Source of the DNA: an uncultured Acidobacteriota bacterium
GTDB lineage: Bacteria > Acidobacteriota > UBA6911
Length of the DNA: 64,000 bases
Reading direction: 5' to 3'
NCBI GenBank assembly: GCA_963827655.1
Contig: CAWHCF010000031.1
Span: forward strand, 96,001 to 160,000
Shown here: one piece after another, positions 32,893-43,756 of the stretch
Numbering within the stretch: position 1 is the stretch's first letter
Layout of the letters: every line of letters starts with the position of its first letter
Program-made: the position numbers and the translations under genes
The notes under the pieces: generated by a model
Seen by the model: the letters and a program-made list of their open reading frames with translations, nothing else
What the model was told of the DNA's origin: nothing
Databases searched by the model: none

Positions 32893-33522
32893 CTATGCAG
32901 GCAGCAGCAGCATGCTACTTTTGTCGCTCGGGGCTTTTTCCTGCTGCTGCCCCGGTTCCCCCGAGTCTTGTTTTCCCTCCACGGGAACATCTAACTGCTC
33001 GATTATGAAACCTAGTTTATTGAAGACATTGTTTTTGAAGAATGTAAACTGTTCTTGTAGCTCGTTCTTTTTGTCGTAAGCCTTCAGTCCCTCGCTGTAG
33101 ATGCGCTGAACCCCCCGATCCATCTGGCGGAATATCTCCTTGGGAGAGAGCGCCGAGCTTACGGATGAGGCATGAGGCAACATCCAGTTGACCGTAAAAA
33201 CCAGAGTGAGGCTGGCCAAAGCGGCCCCGACCGCGAACCGCGGAGTGAACATTGGGCGAAAAACGTAAAGGGTAAGCAGCTCGCGCAGGGTTCTGGTGCG
33301 GGGCCGGCCGGAAGTCCGCAGAAGAATTCGCTCGAGCAGACCAAGGTCAAGCTCTACGGGGGGCAGAGTCTTGCAGGTCACCAGCATTGATCGGACATCG
33401 TCAAGCAAGCTAGAGCAGTTGCTGCATTGGTAAAGGTGTTCGGCGATTTGGGACATCTCCTGCGTTGGGAGGCTTCGATCCATGTAATTCGTAAGGTTTT
33501 CTTGAAAACGCTGACAGTTCAT
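32893..33522 (-). CDS. Zinc-binding (zf-HC2/ZAS) anti-sigma factor
   Basis: MNC...HLYQCSNC (HxxxCxxC), a single TM segment, immediately downstream of the ECF sigma. Confidence 0.88.
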   Translation of the reverse strand: MNCQRFQENLTNYMDRSLPTQEMSQIAEHLYQCSNCSSLLDDVRSMLVTCKTLPPVELDLGLLERILLRTSGRPRTRTLRELLTLYVFRPMFTPRFAVGAALASLTLVFTVNWMLPHASSVSSALSPKEIFRQMDRGVQRIYSEGLKAYDKKNELQEQFTFFKNNVFNKLGFIIEQLDVPVEGKQDSGEPGQQQEKAPSDKSSMLLLPA

Positions 33523-33531
33523 TCGTCCTCC

Positions 33532-34110
33532 CTAGACCTGAATTCCGGCCTGGGCGCGCCGTTTCACCAAAAGCTTGGCCAGCTCAATCCGCCCTCGATT
33601 AATGCGACTCTTCACGGTCCCCTCTGGAATATTCAGCAACCCAGCAATCTCCTGGTACGGCATGCCTTCAAGGTCTCGCAGGATGATGGCTTCCTTGAGT
33701 TCCGGCGACAGCGCCTGCAAACCGTCACGCAAAAAACGGGATGCCTCAGCTTGCTCCGCGGCTCGTTGAGGACTCGGTACTCGGTCGTCCATAAGGTTCA
33801 TCGTCTCCATTTCCTCGCTGCCCGCCGCGTGCTGATAACGTCTTGTCTGCCGGTAATGATCAATGATCAAATTCCGCGCAATTTTGAGAATCCAGTTCTG
33901 AAAGCTTCCGGCATCCATCCTGAAATTCTTGAGATTCTGATAAATCCGGATGAATATCTCCTGCGTCAGGTCCTCCGATTCATCTCTGCGGCCGGTGTAT
34001 CGATAGCTCAGGTTATAGATCCGTCGACCGTATGAAGTCACGATAGCTTCCCAGGCGGCGTCGTCTCCCTGAAGACAGCGCTCTACCAGTTTCCCGTCGC
34101 CTGAGAGCAC
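33532..34110 (-). CDS. ECF RNA polymerase sigma factor
   Basis: EDLTQEIFIR, WILKIARNLIID, YQEIAGLLNIPEGTVKSRINRGR; GTG start with RBS AAGGAG. Confidence 0.95.
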   Translation of the reverse strand: MLSGDGKLVERCLQGDDAAWEAIVTSYGRRIYNLSYRYTGRRDESEDLTQEIFIRIYQNLKNFRMDAGSFQNWILKIARNLIIDHYRQTRRYQHAAGSEEMETMNLMDDRVPSPQRAAEQAEASRFLRDGLQALSPELKEAIILRDLEGMPYQEIAGLLNIPEGTVKSRINRGRIELAKLLVKRRAQAGIQV

Positions 34111-34150
34111 CCGTAACTCCTTGTCTTCAATCCCGTTTCCAAAAGAACGA

Positions 34151-34176
34151 AACGAACCATCTTAGGGCAAAGTTCA
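34151..34176 (-). promoter_or_regulatory. Candidate ECF-type autoregulatory promoter
   Basis: Minus strand TGAACT-N16-CGTT (AAC...CGT pattern typical of ECF promoters), ~40 nt upstream of the sigma start. Confidence 0.5.
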
Positions 34177-34575
34177 AAAAAAACGAGGCTGGGTCTCAGG
34201 GGTCCAGTTATGAGCCTTCGCGATCAAGCGAAATCAGCGGCAGTTGGGCGCGGTTGGCAAGGGTATAAGCCTTTATGCCCCGAGGCATCTTTCTTGTTTT
34301 TCGCCTTGAACAGACATTCTGCACGCGTCGGCTTGTCGAAGCAACCGTTGAGTCATTTATCATGTTCGCATCCTGAGGGCGACGTTCTTGTTCCGACGCC
34401 TGGAACGGGAAGACGGCGGCCACAGGAGGCCCATTTTCTTTATGCTTGACCTTTCCGGAGATTTCCTATTTATTTCGGCAACACCTTTGCACAGATAGAG
34501 TTGGGTGCCCACGAGGTAAAGAAAACGGAATCTGATGAAGAGGTGTTCTTCGTAACTTAGGTGTAGGGTTTGTCG

Positions 34576-35034
34576 ATGAAGTGTCCCTATTGCGGGCATG
34601 TAAAAGATCGGGTGGTGGATTCTCGTGAGAGTCGTGATGGGGATTCCATTCGCCGCCGCCGCCAGTGCTTGAATTGTTCGCGGCGTTTTACCAGTTACGA
34701 ACGTCTTGATGAAATCCCGTACATGGTCGTGAAGAAAGACGGGGGACGGGAGAAGTTTGAGCGCAGTAAAATTCTGAATGGCCTCCTCAAGGCTTGTGAG
34801 AAAAGGCCTGTCAGTCTCACGCAGCTCGAAAAGATCGTCGATCAGGTCGAGCTTCAAGTGCAGGAAAGCCCGGAAAGGGAGCTTGAATCAGTGGCCATTG
34901 GAAAGATTTTACTCTCCGAGTTACGAAAACTGGACAAAGTGGCTTATCTTCGGTTCGCTTCAGTGTACCTCGAATTTGAGGACGTCTCGGAATTCATGAC
35001 CGAGATCAACGAGCTTTTCGAGAAGAAGGTCTAA
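34576..35034 (+). CDS. nrdR: Transcriptional repressor NrdR
   Basis: MKCPYC...VVDSR...IRRRRQC..C..RFTSYE, ATP cone, DKVAYLRFASVY. Confidence 0.97.
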   Translation: MKCPYCGHVKDRVVDSRESRDGDSIRRRRQCLNCSRRFTSYERLDEIPYMVVKKDGGREKFERSKILNGLLKACEKRPVSLTQLEKIVDQVELQVQESPERELESVAIGKILLSELRKLDKVAYLRFASVYLEFEDVSEFMTEINELFEKKV

Positions 35035-35110
35035 CGCCGTCGCGTCCTCTCGGGTCCTTGGTGGCTTGAGGCACGGGTAAAACAGATGCCCAAGTTCAGA
35101 AAATCGCCGG

Positions 35111-35524
35111 ATGAAGGAGTGCCCGCGGTACGCGGATGACCTGTTGTTTCACACGGAAGGGTTCCTCGATCGCCTGTCCGTGGGAACCTGGGCTCCAAAC
35201 GTCGATCTTTGCGAAACCGCCGGTACCGTTGTGGTGAGGGTGGAGTTGCCGGGCGTCGATCCAGGTGATGTGATCCTGACGATGCGAGATGGTGTGTTGC
35301 GGCTTCAGGGAATCAAGCGCGAACCTGCAGTCTCTCACAAGTTGCTTTGTTATTATTGCGTCGAGAGACGATACGGGCGATTCAGCCGAGAAATTCGAAT
35401 CCACTCGGTGGTTAATCCTCAGCGCGCCCGGGCGCATCTAAAGAATGGCATTCTCACGCTCGAAATGCCCAAACTTGCGGAGCGGCGCGGGAAGCCACTC
35501 GAGATTCCGATCACAAAGAAGTGA
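35111..35524 (+). CDS. Hsp20/alpha-crystallin small heat shock protein
   Basis: PNVD, ELPGV, ERRYGRFSR, AHLKNGILTLEMPK; start uncertain. Confidence 0.9.
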   Translation: MKECPRYADDLLFHTEGFLDRLSVGTWAPNVDLCETAGTVVVRVELPGVDPGDVILTMRDGVLRLQGIKREPAVSHKLLCYYCVERRYGRFSREIRIHSVVNPQRARAHLKNGILTLEMPKLAERRGKPLEIPITKK

Positions 35525-35578
35525 AACTTCACTCCTGGATCAGGAATCGAATCTAGCCGAAAGGACGCCAGATCACTT

Positions 35579-37939
35579 ATGCCGGATGCGGAGATTAAAC
35601 AAAGTGAGAGTAGACAGGAGGAGCAGATCCAGATACCGGAGATCCTCCCCGTAGTACCTCTACCGGACGTCGTTACATTTCCTTACATGATCGTTCCTCT
35701 CGTGGTTTCCGTCGATCGCGCCATCCGCGCGGTTGACCAGGCCCTTACGCAGAATCGACTGGTCTTCCTGGTCACCCAACGCGACCAGGAAGTCGGCAAC
35801 CCTGGGCCGACGGACATGTATGAGATCGGCACTGTTGGGATGGTGATCCGGATGCTAAAGATGCCGGATCAGAACGTGAGGGTCCTGGTTCAGTGTATTA
35901 CGCGCGCCCGAGTTCGAACCTGGGAGGACAAGCTCCCCTACGTGCAGGCCAATATCGAAGTGATCGAGGAGACCAGACCTGAAATTCCCGGGCTCGAGCT
36001 CGAAGCGCTGACTCGCAATGTCAATGCCGCCTTGGAGAAGGCCGTGTCTCTCGGCAAGAACGTTTCGCAGGAGATCATGGCTGTCGTCGCGAACATGGAC
36101 GACCCTGGCCGGCTAGCCGACCTGGCGGCTTCGAATCTATCGCTACGAGTCGAGGACGCTCAGGAAATCCTCTCCACTCTGGATCCGTTGAAACGACTCC
36201 ATCGTGTGCACGAGCTTTTGACGCGGGAGGTGGAGCTGCTTACGGTCCAGAATGAGATCAACAGCCAGGCAAAGGGGGAGATCGACAAAGGTCAACGCGA
36301 ATTCTTTCTCCGGCAGCAGCTCAAGGCCATTCAGACCGAACTGGGTGAAGGAAACGATCTCATCGAGGAGGTCCGGAGATACATTAAGAGAGCGGATGAG
36401 GCCAAAATGCCGCAGGAGGCTCGAGAAGAGTTCGATCGCCAGGTGCGGCGCCTCGAGCGCATGCATCCTGATTCAGCCGAAACTGCCACGGTCCGCACCT
36501 ACCTGGACTGGATGGTCGGCCTTCCTTGGAGTCGCAAGACTGCGGATAACCTTAACCTTCAGAAAGCGCGAAAGATTCTCAATGAGGATCATTACGGCCT
36601 GGAAAGAATCAAGGAGAGAATCCTGGAACATCTGGCTGTGCGCAAGCTGAAGCAGGATACGCGAAGTCCGATCCTCTGCTTCGTCGGTCCGCCGGGAACC
36701 GGCAAGACGTCTCTGGGCAAGTCCATCGCGCGATCACTGGGGCGGAAGTTCGTCCGGATCAGTCTTGGAGGCGTTCACGATGAGGCCGAGATTCGGGGAC
36801 ATCGGCGGACTTACGTCGGAGCCATGCCCGGCAGAATGATTCAGGGGTTACACCAGGCCGGCTCTCAAAATCCCGTCTTCATGATGGACGAAGTCGACAA
36901 GATCGGAGCCGATTTTCGCGGAGATCCCTCTTCCGCCCTGCTCGAGGTACTCGATCCCGAGCAGAACAGTACTTTTCGGGATAACTACCTCGGGGTTCCA
37001 TTCGATCTTTCAAACGTGCTTTTCATCACGACCGCGAATGTACTGGACACTATCCAGCCCGCCTTTCGCGACCGGATGGAGGTGATTTACCTTTCCGGTT
37101 ACACCGAAGAAGAAAAATTGCAAATCGCAAAGCGCCATCTGATCCCCAGGCAGATCGAGGCCCATGGGCTGAAAGGCGAGGATTTGATTTTTTCTGATGA
37201 CGTGGTTCGCGAAGTGATTCGGGGATACACACGCGAGGCCGGGCTGCGTAACCTCGAGAGAGAAATTGCCACCATCTGCCGGAAAGTGGCGATGAAATTC
37301 GCGCTGGGTAAACGCAAACCGATTGAACTGAGCGTCGTTAAGCTAGGCCAATACCTCGGGCCAAGACGTATCATTCCTGAAGAACGTCTTGCCAAAGATC
37401 AGGTTGGTATTGCCACTGGACTGGCCTGGACGCCGGTCGGAGGAGATCTGCTGTACGTCGAGGCTCAGGCAATGACCGGAAGAGGAAATCTGATTCTCAC
37501 GGGACAGATGGGAGAAGTAATGAAGGAGTCCGCCCAGGCGGCCCTGAGTTACGCGCGAGCTCATGCCGTCGAGTACAACATCGAGCGGGACTTCTTTTCA
37601 TCCCACGATTTTCATATCCATATTCCGGAGGGCTCGATTCCCAAAGATGGACCGTCAGCGGGAATCACGCTCGCGTCTGCGTTGGTTTCGGCTTGTACGG
37701 GGCGTCCCGTGGACAAGAGCATAGCCATGACTGGAGAGATAACATTACGGGGAGACGTGCTTCCGGTAGGAGGGATCAAGGAGAAGGTCCTGGCGGCTCA
37801 CCGGGGTCAGGTCAACACCGTGATGCTTCCTCGCCAGAACAAGAAGGACCTTGGAGAGATCCCCAAAGAACTGAGACAGCACATTAAGGTCATTTTGGTG
37901 GACAAAATGACCGATGTCCTGAAGCGCGCCCTGATCTAG
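35579..37939 (+). CDS. lon: ATP-dependent protease La
   Basis: LON N domain, [21 protein letters not shown] catalytic Ser, GGIKEK. Confidence 0.98.
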   Translation: MPDAEIKQSESRQEEQIQIPEILPVVPLPDVVTFPYMIVPLVVSVDRAIRAVDQALTQNRLVFLVTQRDQEVGNPGPTDMYEIGTVGMVIRMLKMPDQNVRVLVQCITRARVRTWEDKLPYVQANIEVIEETRPEIPGLELEALTRNVNAALEKAVSLGKNVSQEIMAVVANMDDPGRLADLAASNLSLRVEDAQEILSTLDPLKRLHRVHELLTREVELLTVQNEINSQAKGEIDKGQREFFLRQQLKAIQTELGEGNDLIEEVRRYIKRADEAKMPQEAREEFDRQVRRLERMHPDSAETATVRTYLDWMVGLPWSRKTADNLNLQKARKILNEDHYGLERIKERILEHLAVRKLKQDTRSPILCFVGPPGTGKTSLGKSIARSLGRKFVRISLGGVHDEAEIRGHRRTYVGAMPGRMIQGLHQAGSQNPVFMMDEVDKIGADFRGDPSSALLEVLDPEQNSTFRDNYLGVPFDLSNVLFITTANVLDTIQPAFRDRMEVIYLSGYTEEEKLQIAKRHLIPRQIEAHGLKGEDLIFSDDVVREVIRGYTREAGLRNLEREIATICRKVAMKFALGKRKPIELSVVKLGQYLGPRRIIPEERLAKDQVGIATGLAWTPVGGDLLYVEAQAMTGRGNLILTGQMGEVMKESAQAALSYARAHAVEYNIERDFFSSHDFHIHIPEGSIPKDGPSAGITLASALVSACTGRPVDKSIAMTGEITLRGDVLPVGGIKEKVLAAHRGQVNTVMLPRQNKKDLGEIPKELRQHIKVILVDKMTDVLKRALI

Positions 37940-38031
37940 TGGAGGGCAACCGCTCAATTCCTGCGCTGTGCTCTCTCCCAATCGGAAGTCCTTAGCGGAT
38001 CTTTGTACCTTCGCGCCTTCGTGGTAAACGG

Positions 38032-39130
38032 GTGATCACTAAAATCGCTTCGTACGGGAAGCCTGGGCCAGCACCCAGGAGCGAGGACCAGATCGTTCGC
38101 TTGCTTCGGGACCGGTTTGGAGGCCGAAGCGCCTCGCTCAGGATGGGGATTGGAGACGATGCGGCCGTCTTTCATCCGGCAGGCGCCAGAGAATACTGGG
38201 CTTTCAGCACCGACATGCTGCTGGAGGATGTCGACTTCCGCAAAGAGTGGAGCGGGCCGCGCCAATTGGGTCACAAGGCCCTGGCCGTCAACCTTAGCGA
38301 TCTGGCTGCCATGGGTGTGCGGCCCCGGTTTCACACCGTTTCCTTGGGTATTCCGGAAGGCATCTCGCAGCGTTGGATCAAGGATTTTTATCAGGGGATG
38401 GCAAAACTGGCCGAACGCCACCGCGTCATCCTGGTGGGTGGAGACCTTTCCCATTCCGCGCATTCTATTCACATCTCGGTAGCTATCCTGGGCGAGTCCA
38501 ATCGGAGAAAAGTCGTGTACCGCTCGGGCGGAAACCCCGGAGACTTTCTCTACGTAACCGGAATTCTGGGAAGATCCGCATCCGGATTAAGCTTGTTGCG
38601 GCGAGGGGTAGTCAAAGGCGATTCGCCGGCTGAACGTGAAGCCCTGGCATGGCACAGGACGCCCGAACCGAGATGCGAGGTGGGTTCCTGGTTAGCCGCT
38701 CACGGTTTCGCGCGCGCAATGATAGACCTGAGCGACGGTCTATCGATGGACTTGAGACGTCTGGTCAGGGAATCCGGCACCGGCGCCGAAATCTACTCCT
38801 CCGCGCTACCAGTCTTCGAACACTCGCGTGCGTGGGGATGTGATCCCCTCGAACTTGGTTTCTACGGGGGCGAGGACTACGAACTTCTGTTTTCGGTGCC
38901 GCCGGCGCGAGTGTCGGCGCTCGAGAGACACTATCCACAGAAATACCCGCGGATCAGTAGAATCGGGCGGCTTATACGCAAGCCAGGCCTTATTGTACTG
39001 ATGGAGCAGCCAGGGGCGCGGCGAGCGTCGACTGCCGGACCTTGGCTTCGATCACTTTAGGATTCAGAGTACCAGCCCGAAAGCCGCTACCAGGACGCAA
39101 CCACGCAAGAAACACCGGGAATCCCGCTAA
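38032..39130 (+). CDS. thiL: Thiamine-monophosphate kinase; +1 frameshift near 39025 hides the C-terminal GFDHF motif
   Basis: GIGDDAA, NLSDLAAMG, GGD, DLSDGL, GGEDYELLF; +1 frame reads RRLPDLGFDHFR with stop at 39128-39130. Confidence 0.92.
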
Positions 39131-39415
39131 AAACGAAAGAGCGGTCCGGGGCCAAGCAAGGCCAAGCAACTTTCTTTCGATCGACGCATCGAATAAGCAA
39201 CTCTTGTTTCTTGAAGTCTGATTTGGGTCTGCCAGAATTGTTGTTGTGAATCTGAGATTCGTGATTTGAGCACGGCTCTCGCAGACGACTTAACGCGGCG
39301 CGTTTGCCTGTCAGACCTCTTCGTTGAAAGAATTGCCACTCCCTCGGCGTCTGATACATTCAAGAGCGTCACGAGCTTGATTTGAGAGAATTCTCTCGCC
39401 TGGAAATACTGAAGT

Positions 39416-39898
39416 ATGGTTCGAAGAAAGTTCCGGCACTATCTTCGCCGATTGCTTGCGCTGGACGATACACCCGAACGGATTGCTCTGGCTTTTGCGC
39501 TGGGAGTGTTCCTCGCCTTCAGCCCGCTGGTTGGGTTACACACGGTCTTGGGCCTGGCGATAGCTTTTCTGTTCAGGCTGAATCGCGTGGCACTGCTGAT
39601 TGGCTTGTTCGTGAATAATCCCTGGACGCTTGTCCCGATTTACGTCGCCGGCGGCTACATCGGAGGACTGATACTGGGCTATCCTGCGCAGACTGCAGTT
39701 CCGGATTTCGGCTGGAGCGAGCTTTGGAAAACGCAGTTCTGGGTGGAACTCGGCAGGCAGTGGCGTCTGTTGATACCGGTGGCGCTGGGATCCTTCATAT
39801 TGTCTGTTTTCTTCGCCATACTTTCTTATCCGCTCGCGTTGTACCTGCTGAAGCAGGGCAGAGTTTATCGATCCCGCTGGGACTCGACAGTTCCTTGA
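39416..39898 (+). CDS. DUF2062 family membrane protein
   Basis: DTPERIALAFALGVF...P..GLHT...RLN...NNPWT. Confidence 0.88.
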   Translation: MVRRKFRHYLRRLLALDDTPERIALAFALGVFLAFSPLVGLHTVLGLAIAFLFRLNRVALLIGLFVNNPWTLVPIYVAGGYIGGLILGYPAQTAVPDFGWSELWKTQFWVELGRQWRLLIPVALGSFILSVFFAILSYPLALYLLKQGRVYRSRWDSTVP

Positions 39899-40002
39899 CC
39901 CGGCCGGCGCGTGTTCTCTATCATTCATCGTCGAAGGCTTTGCGTCTTTTGGTTTCTGTCCGAGCCATCTCCGAAAGACGCCCCAAGTCCTCAAGGGGCC
40001 TC

Positions 40003-41520
40003 ATGCGCGCGTCTGCCGTCGCTGTCTTGACTCTCTGGATCCTGTCCTTCCAACCTCCATCGGTCGCCGGCGCTCAACTCATAGAGGGTTTGGTGAACAT
40101 TAGATTTCAGCCCGACGTCCGCGTGTTTGCGGTAATGGCGGCTATAAACGCCGGAGGTTTCGAGATTGATGCGCGAAACCTGGAACAAAACCCGGCGCGC
40201 AGGATTACTCGGGAGCGGCTGAGTCGAGTGAACCCGGACTTGCTGGCGCGGATTCAGAGATTCTATCAGAGCCGCAACGTGGAGTTGGACGACGTAAAGC
40301 AACAGAGCAAGTACGTCTCCTTTGCTCTCATCTTACGAGGGCCACCGGAGTTCAAACTGGAGGTTAAGGCAAAACAGTTGCCTCCCGATACTCACGCGCT
40401 CATAGGATTCGAAACGCTGGTCAAAGAACTGTGGGAGCAGGGAGGTTTACAGCAACTTTGGGAGGAGGTCCGGCCCTACTATGCCCAGGAAGTCGAGAAC
40501 TATCGCCCGCTGATCCATCGCATGATACTGGATACTCTGCGCTATTTTCGTACGGACGCTCGGGTTGCGCTGGATCGGGAAGTGGTTTTCATACCGGATC
40601 CTCTCAATGGCTACGGCATCGTGAACGCTCGCAACGTCGATCCGGATTACATTCTTGTTGTCGGTCCTTCTCGTGCAAGTCGAAGGCCTACAGCCTCAGT
40701 TCGACACGAATACCTTCACTTCATGATCGATCCGCTGATCGTGAAGTACTCGGAATCACTTCCGCCCCGGGAACCATTCCTGGAAATGGTGCGCCGGCTT
40801 CCTGATCGTCTTGCGCGCTACGAGAACGATCTCGCTCTTGTGGTGTCAGAATCACTCATTCAGGTCGTGGAACTGAGATTGGACAAAAAGGCAGACATTC
40901 CGGCGACCGAAGCTATCATCGAAGACTACGAGGAGGGATTAATTCTGGCACCCTATTTTGACGAGGGACTGGATAGGTTTGAAGCTCGGCAGGACTCGTT
41001 TCAGGAGTTCGTGCCTGAACTCATTCGTGGAATTCAGCTGGAGAACGAAAAGGAACACGCCGACAGGATACACCGGTTGAAGGCCGATTTGACCAAGCTG
41101 CGGTCCTCAGCTGCCAAGGCAGAGCAATCGCGATCGGGCTCAGCGGATGAAGTGCGAAATCTGCTCGCGCGCGGCAATCAGCTTTTACTCGACCGGCAAT
41201 TCAGCGAGGCAAAGGAGATTCTGGAACAAGTCTTAAAACTTGATTCTGATAACGCGAGCGCAATGTTCGGACTCGCTCAGGTTTTAACCCAGGCACAGGA
41301 CTTTGATCGCGCCCTCGACCTGTATGCGCGGGCTGCAGACCGGCCCGGTACCGAAACATGGATCCGTGCCTGGTGTTTCGTGCGGCGCGGAAATATTCGT
41401 CGTTTTCAGGGAGATATCACTCAGGCGAGGCAGGAATGGAGCAGGGTTCAGGAACTTCAGGGCGACCTGAAAGGCGCGGCGGAAGCTGCCGGCAAAGCGC
41501 TGGCCGAAACCACCCCCTGA
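40003..41520 (+). CDS. Exported protein with HExxH motif and C-terminal TPR repeats
   Basis: Signal-like N-terminus; VRHEYLH; TPR-like helices (AKEILEQVLKLDSDNASAMFGLAQV). Confidence 0.8.
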   Translation: MRASAVAVLTLWILSFQPPSVAGAQLIEGLVNIRFQPDVRVFAVMAAINAGGFEIDARNLEQNPARRITRERLSRVNPDLLARIQRFYQSRNVELDDVKQQSKYVSFALILRGPPEFKLEVKAKQLPPDTHALIGFETLVKELWEQGGLQQLWEEVRPYYAQEVENYRPLIHRMILDTLRYFRTDARVALDREVVFIPDPLNGYGIVNARNVDPDYILVVGPSRASRRPTASVRHEYLHFMIDPLIVKYSESLPPREPFLEMVRRLPDRLARYENDLALVVSESLIQVVELRLDKKADIPATEAIIEDYEEGLILAPYFDEGLDRFEARQDSFQEFVPELIRGIQLENEKEHADRIHRLKADLTKLRSSAAKAEQSRSGSADEVRNLLARGNQLLLDRQFSEAKEILEQVLKLDSDNASAMFGLAQVLTQAQDFDRALDLYARAADRPGTETWIRAWCFVRRGNIRRFQGDITQARQEWSRVQELQGDLKGAAEAAGKALAETTP

Positions 41521-41720
41521 TGGAAGCCAACCCACCCGGACACGAGACGTAGGCAAGCGAAGGCCCGCCCGAACCCAGGAACTCACCAGACACTTAGCAT
41601 TACCCACCACGCAAGATTCAAGCTTTCTTAACGTTTGGCCCGCGAGTACAATTTGAAATCGTCGAGGGGGTCAAGCCGATCGTTTGTCATTTCTATTTCA
41701 ATTCATTCCGGCGTGGAGAG

Positions 41721-42830
41721 ATGATGCGAAAAATATACCTTACAGGAATTGGATTCTTTATTTTGTTTTTCTCCCCTGCTCGCTTGATGGCTCAGAAAGA
41801 CCCGTTCGAAAATCGTTGGGAAGGCGAAAAAAGGGAAGGAGCTGCTTACGGGGCACGAATCTTGAGCCCCCAGGACAACAATGAAGTTCTGTTCAAGGTA
41901 GATCGAGAGAGGTTAGATACCGGCGTCCAGGCCAAGGAGCCGGCCGATCCCGTAGTTCTAAACCACCGATTCGATATCAGAGGTGATCTAACCGGTCGCT
42001 GGGAACTCCTGGGAGACCAGACGGTCGATTTGAGCTACAACCTGAAAGGGGTTGATGATCTTGCGGCCCAGGCTACTCCGCCTGCAAAACCCCAGGTGGG
42101 ACAGGCCCCCTCCAAGGCAGAAGAAGACGATTTTAGCAAGTTGCTTGCCGAGAACGATGCTGCGGCCAAGAAACGAATGATCGATGAGTTCCTTCAGAAA
42201 TATCCCGAGTCGGGATTGACTGGCCAGGTGCACAGGGTGGCTGCGGATCTTGGGCAACGTACAAACAATGCCGACATGATAATCAAACATGGTGAGAGGG
42301 CTCTCGTAGCTTTTCCCGAGGATTTTCCCGTAATGAGCATCCTGGCCAACGCTTACGTGGAACGGAATGAGCTCGACAAGTCAGAGGAGCTGGCGACGAG
42401 GGCTCTGGAGTTAATCGGTGGATTTCAAAAACCGGCCCAGATGCCGGAGGAAGAATGGACGACGACCAAGAAGGCGCTGATGGGGGGAAACTTCTCCACA
42501 CTTGGCATGATTCACCTGCGCCGTGCCCAGGCCGCTCAGAATCCTGCCGAGAAAAAGAGCGGCGCGGAAAAAGCAGTCGCTCCGCTGAAGAAGGCGATCG
42601 AGAACCAGCCGAAGGACGATTACTCTTACTATTACCTTGGGTTTGCCTACGTCCTGCTCAATGACTATTCCAATGCCGAATCTTCCCTGGCCAAGGCGGT
42701 TGCCCTCAACGGTGTGGCCTCGCCCAATGCGCGGAAGTTACTGGAAGACTTATACAAAACACAGCACAAGAACAGTCTCGAGGGACTGGATAAGGTGATT
42801 GCCAAAGCGAAGAGCGAATTGGAACCCTAG
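41721..42830 (+). CDS. Exported tetratricopeptide repeat protein
   Basis: Signal peptide; TPR-like FLQKYPES, YYYLGFAY...AESSLAKAVAL. Confidence 0.8.
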   Translation: MMRKIYLTGIGFFILFFSPARLMAQKDPFENRWEGEKREGAAYGARILSPQDNNEVLFKVDRERLDTGVQAKEPADPVVLNHRFDIRGDLTGRWELLGDQTVDLSYNLKGVDDLAAQATPPAKPQVGQAPSKAEEDDFSKLLAENDAAAKKRMIDEFLQKYPESGLTGQVHRVAADLGQRTNNADMIIKHGERALVAFPEDFPVMSILANAYVERNELDKSEELATRALELIGGFQKPAQMPEEEWTTTKKALMGGNFSTLGMIHLRRAQAAQNPAEKKSGAEKAVAPLKKAIENQPKDDYSYYYLGFAYVLLNDYSNAESSLAKAVALNGVASPNARKLLEDLYKTQHKNSLEGLDKVIAKAKSELEP

Positions 42831-42843
42831 GGTTCGTGCATAA

Positions 42844-42930
42844 AAATTCGGTGACAGGCACCAAATTGCTTCGCAAAACACCAGTGTTTAGCCTCTCTAA
42901 CCGCGCAATTTGGTGCCTGTCACCGAATTT
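42844..42930. repeat. REP-like element: perfect 26-bp inverted repeat (copy 1)
   Basis: AAATTCGGTGACAGGCACCAAATTGC (42844-42869) and its exact reverse complement (42905-42930). Confidence 0.9.
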
Positions 42931-43033
42931 CACAACAGACGCAAAGACACCGCACTGAGAATCCGTGCTCGTCACTTGCGAACTAATTAAGTAAGTCAAG
43001 GGCGAAAGCCTCAGGTTCGTTCGCGAGGAATTC

Positions 43034-43756
43034 ATGGGTGAACCGTCTCAAGAATCCGCTCCCGCAGAGTCAACCACGGTTCTGGAGGCTCTGCTGGAAT
43101 ATCAGTTCAAAGACGAGAAACTGCTTGTGAGAGCGTTAACCCATCGTTCCTTTGTAAACGAGCACGAAGGCGAGGACCTCCGGCACAACGAATCGATGGA
43201 GTTTCTTGGGGATGCCGTGCTCGGCTTCCTCATCAGCTCGAGAGTCTTTTATCGCTACCCAAATTTAAGCGAAGGGGCGCTCAGTAAAATCAAGGCATAT
43301 CTTGTAAGTGCCGCCAACCTTGTCCATCTTGCCGACAGAATAAGGTTAGGGGAATTTCTTCGGATCAGCCGTGGGGAAGAGAAGACGGGAGGCCGCAAAA
43401 AGAAGGCGATTCTTGTGGATGCTTACGAAGCGATCATCGGAGCCATCTATCTTGACGGCGGAATCGAAGCGGCCTCGGACTTTGTTGACCGGCAGGTCGG
43501 AAAGTTTTTTGACGAGTTGGATCTCGCGGAGCTTACCTATGGCGACTTTAAATCCGCTCTGCAGGAGCATCTCCACAATGTTGGCCTTGCTGAGCCTTTT
43601 TACCGCACCGTCGATGAGATCGGCCCGGATCACAAGAAAATCTTCGTAGTCCAGGTTTTACTCGACGACGGTGTTATCGCGGAAGCTGCGGGAAGAACCA
43701 AGAAGGAAGCCCAGCAGGCGGCCGCTCGGTTGGCGCTCGAGAGGCTGAGGGAATGA
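43034..43756 (+). CDS. rnc: Ribonuclease III
   Basis: ALTHRS, NESMEFLGDAVL, DAYEAIIGAIYLD, dsRBD KKEAQQAAA. Confidence 0.97.
   Translation: MGEPSQESAPAESTTVLEALLEYQFKDEKLLVRALTHRSFVNEHEGEDLRHNESMEFLGDAVLGFLISSRVFYRYPNLSEGALSKIKAYLVSAANLVHLADRIRLGEFLRISRGEEKTGGRKKKAILVDAYEAIIGAIYLDGGIEAASDFVDRQVGKFFDELDLAELTYGDFKSALQEHLHNVGLAEPFYRTVDEIGPDHKKIFVVQVLLDDGVIAEAAGRTKKEAQQAAARLALERLRE

Noticed and set aside
35086-35111. Alternative hsp20 start at ATG 35086 implying a ninth +1 frameshift
   Set aside because: Possible, but no motif or clear RBS decides between the starts; not counted
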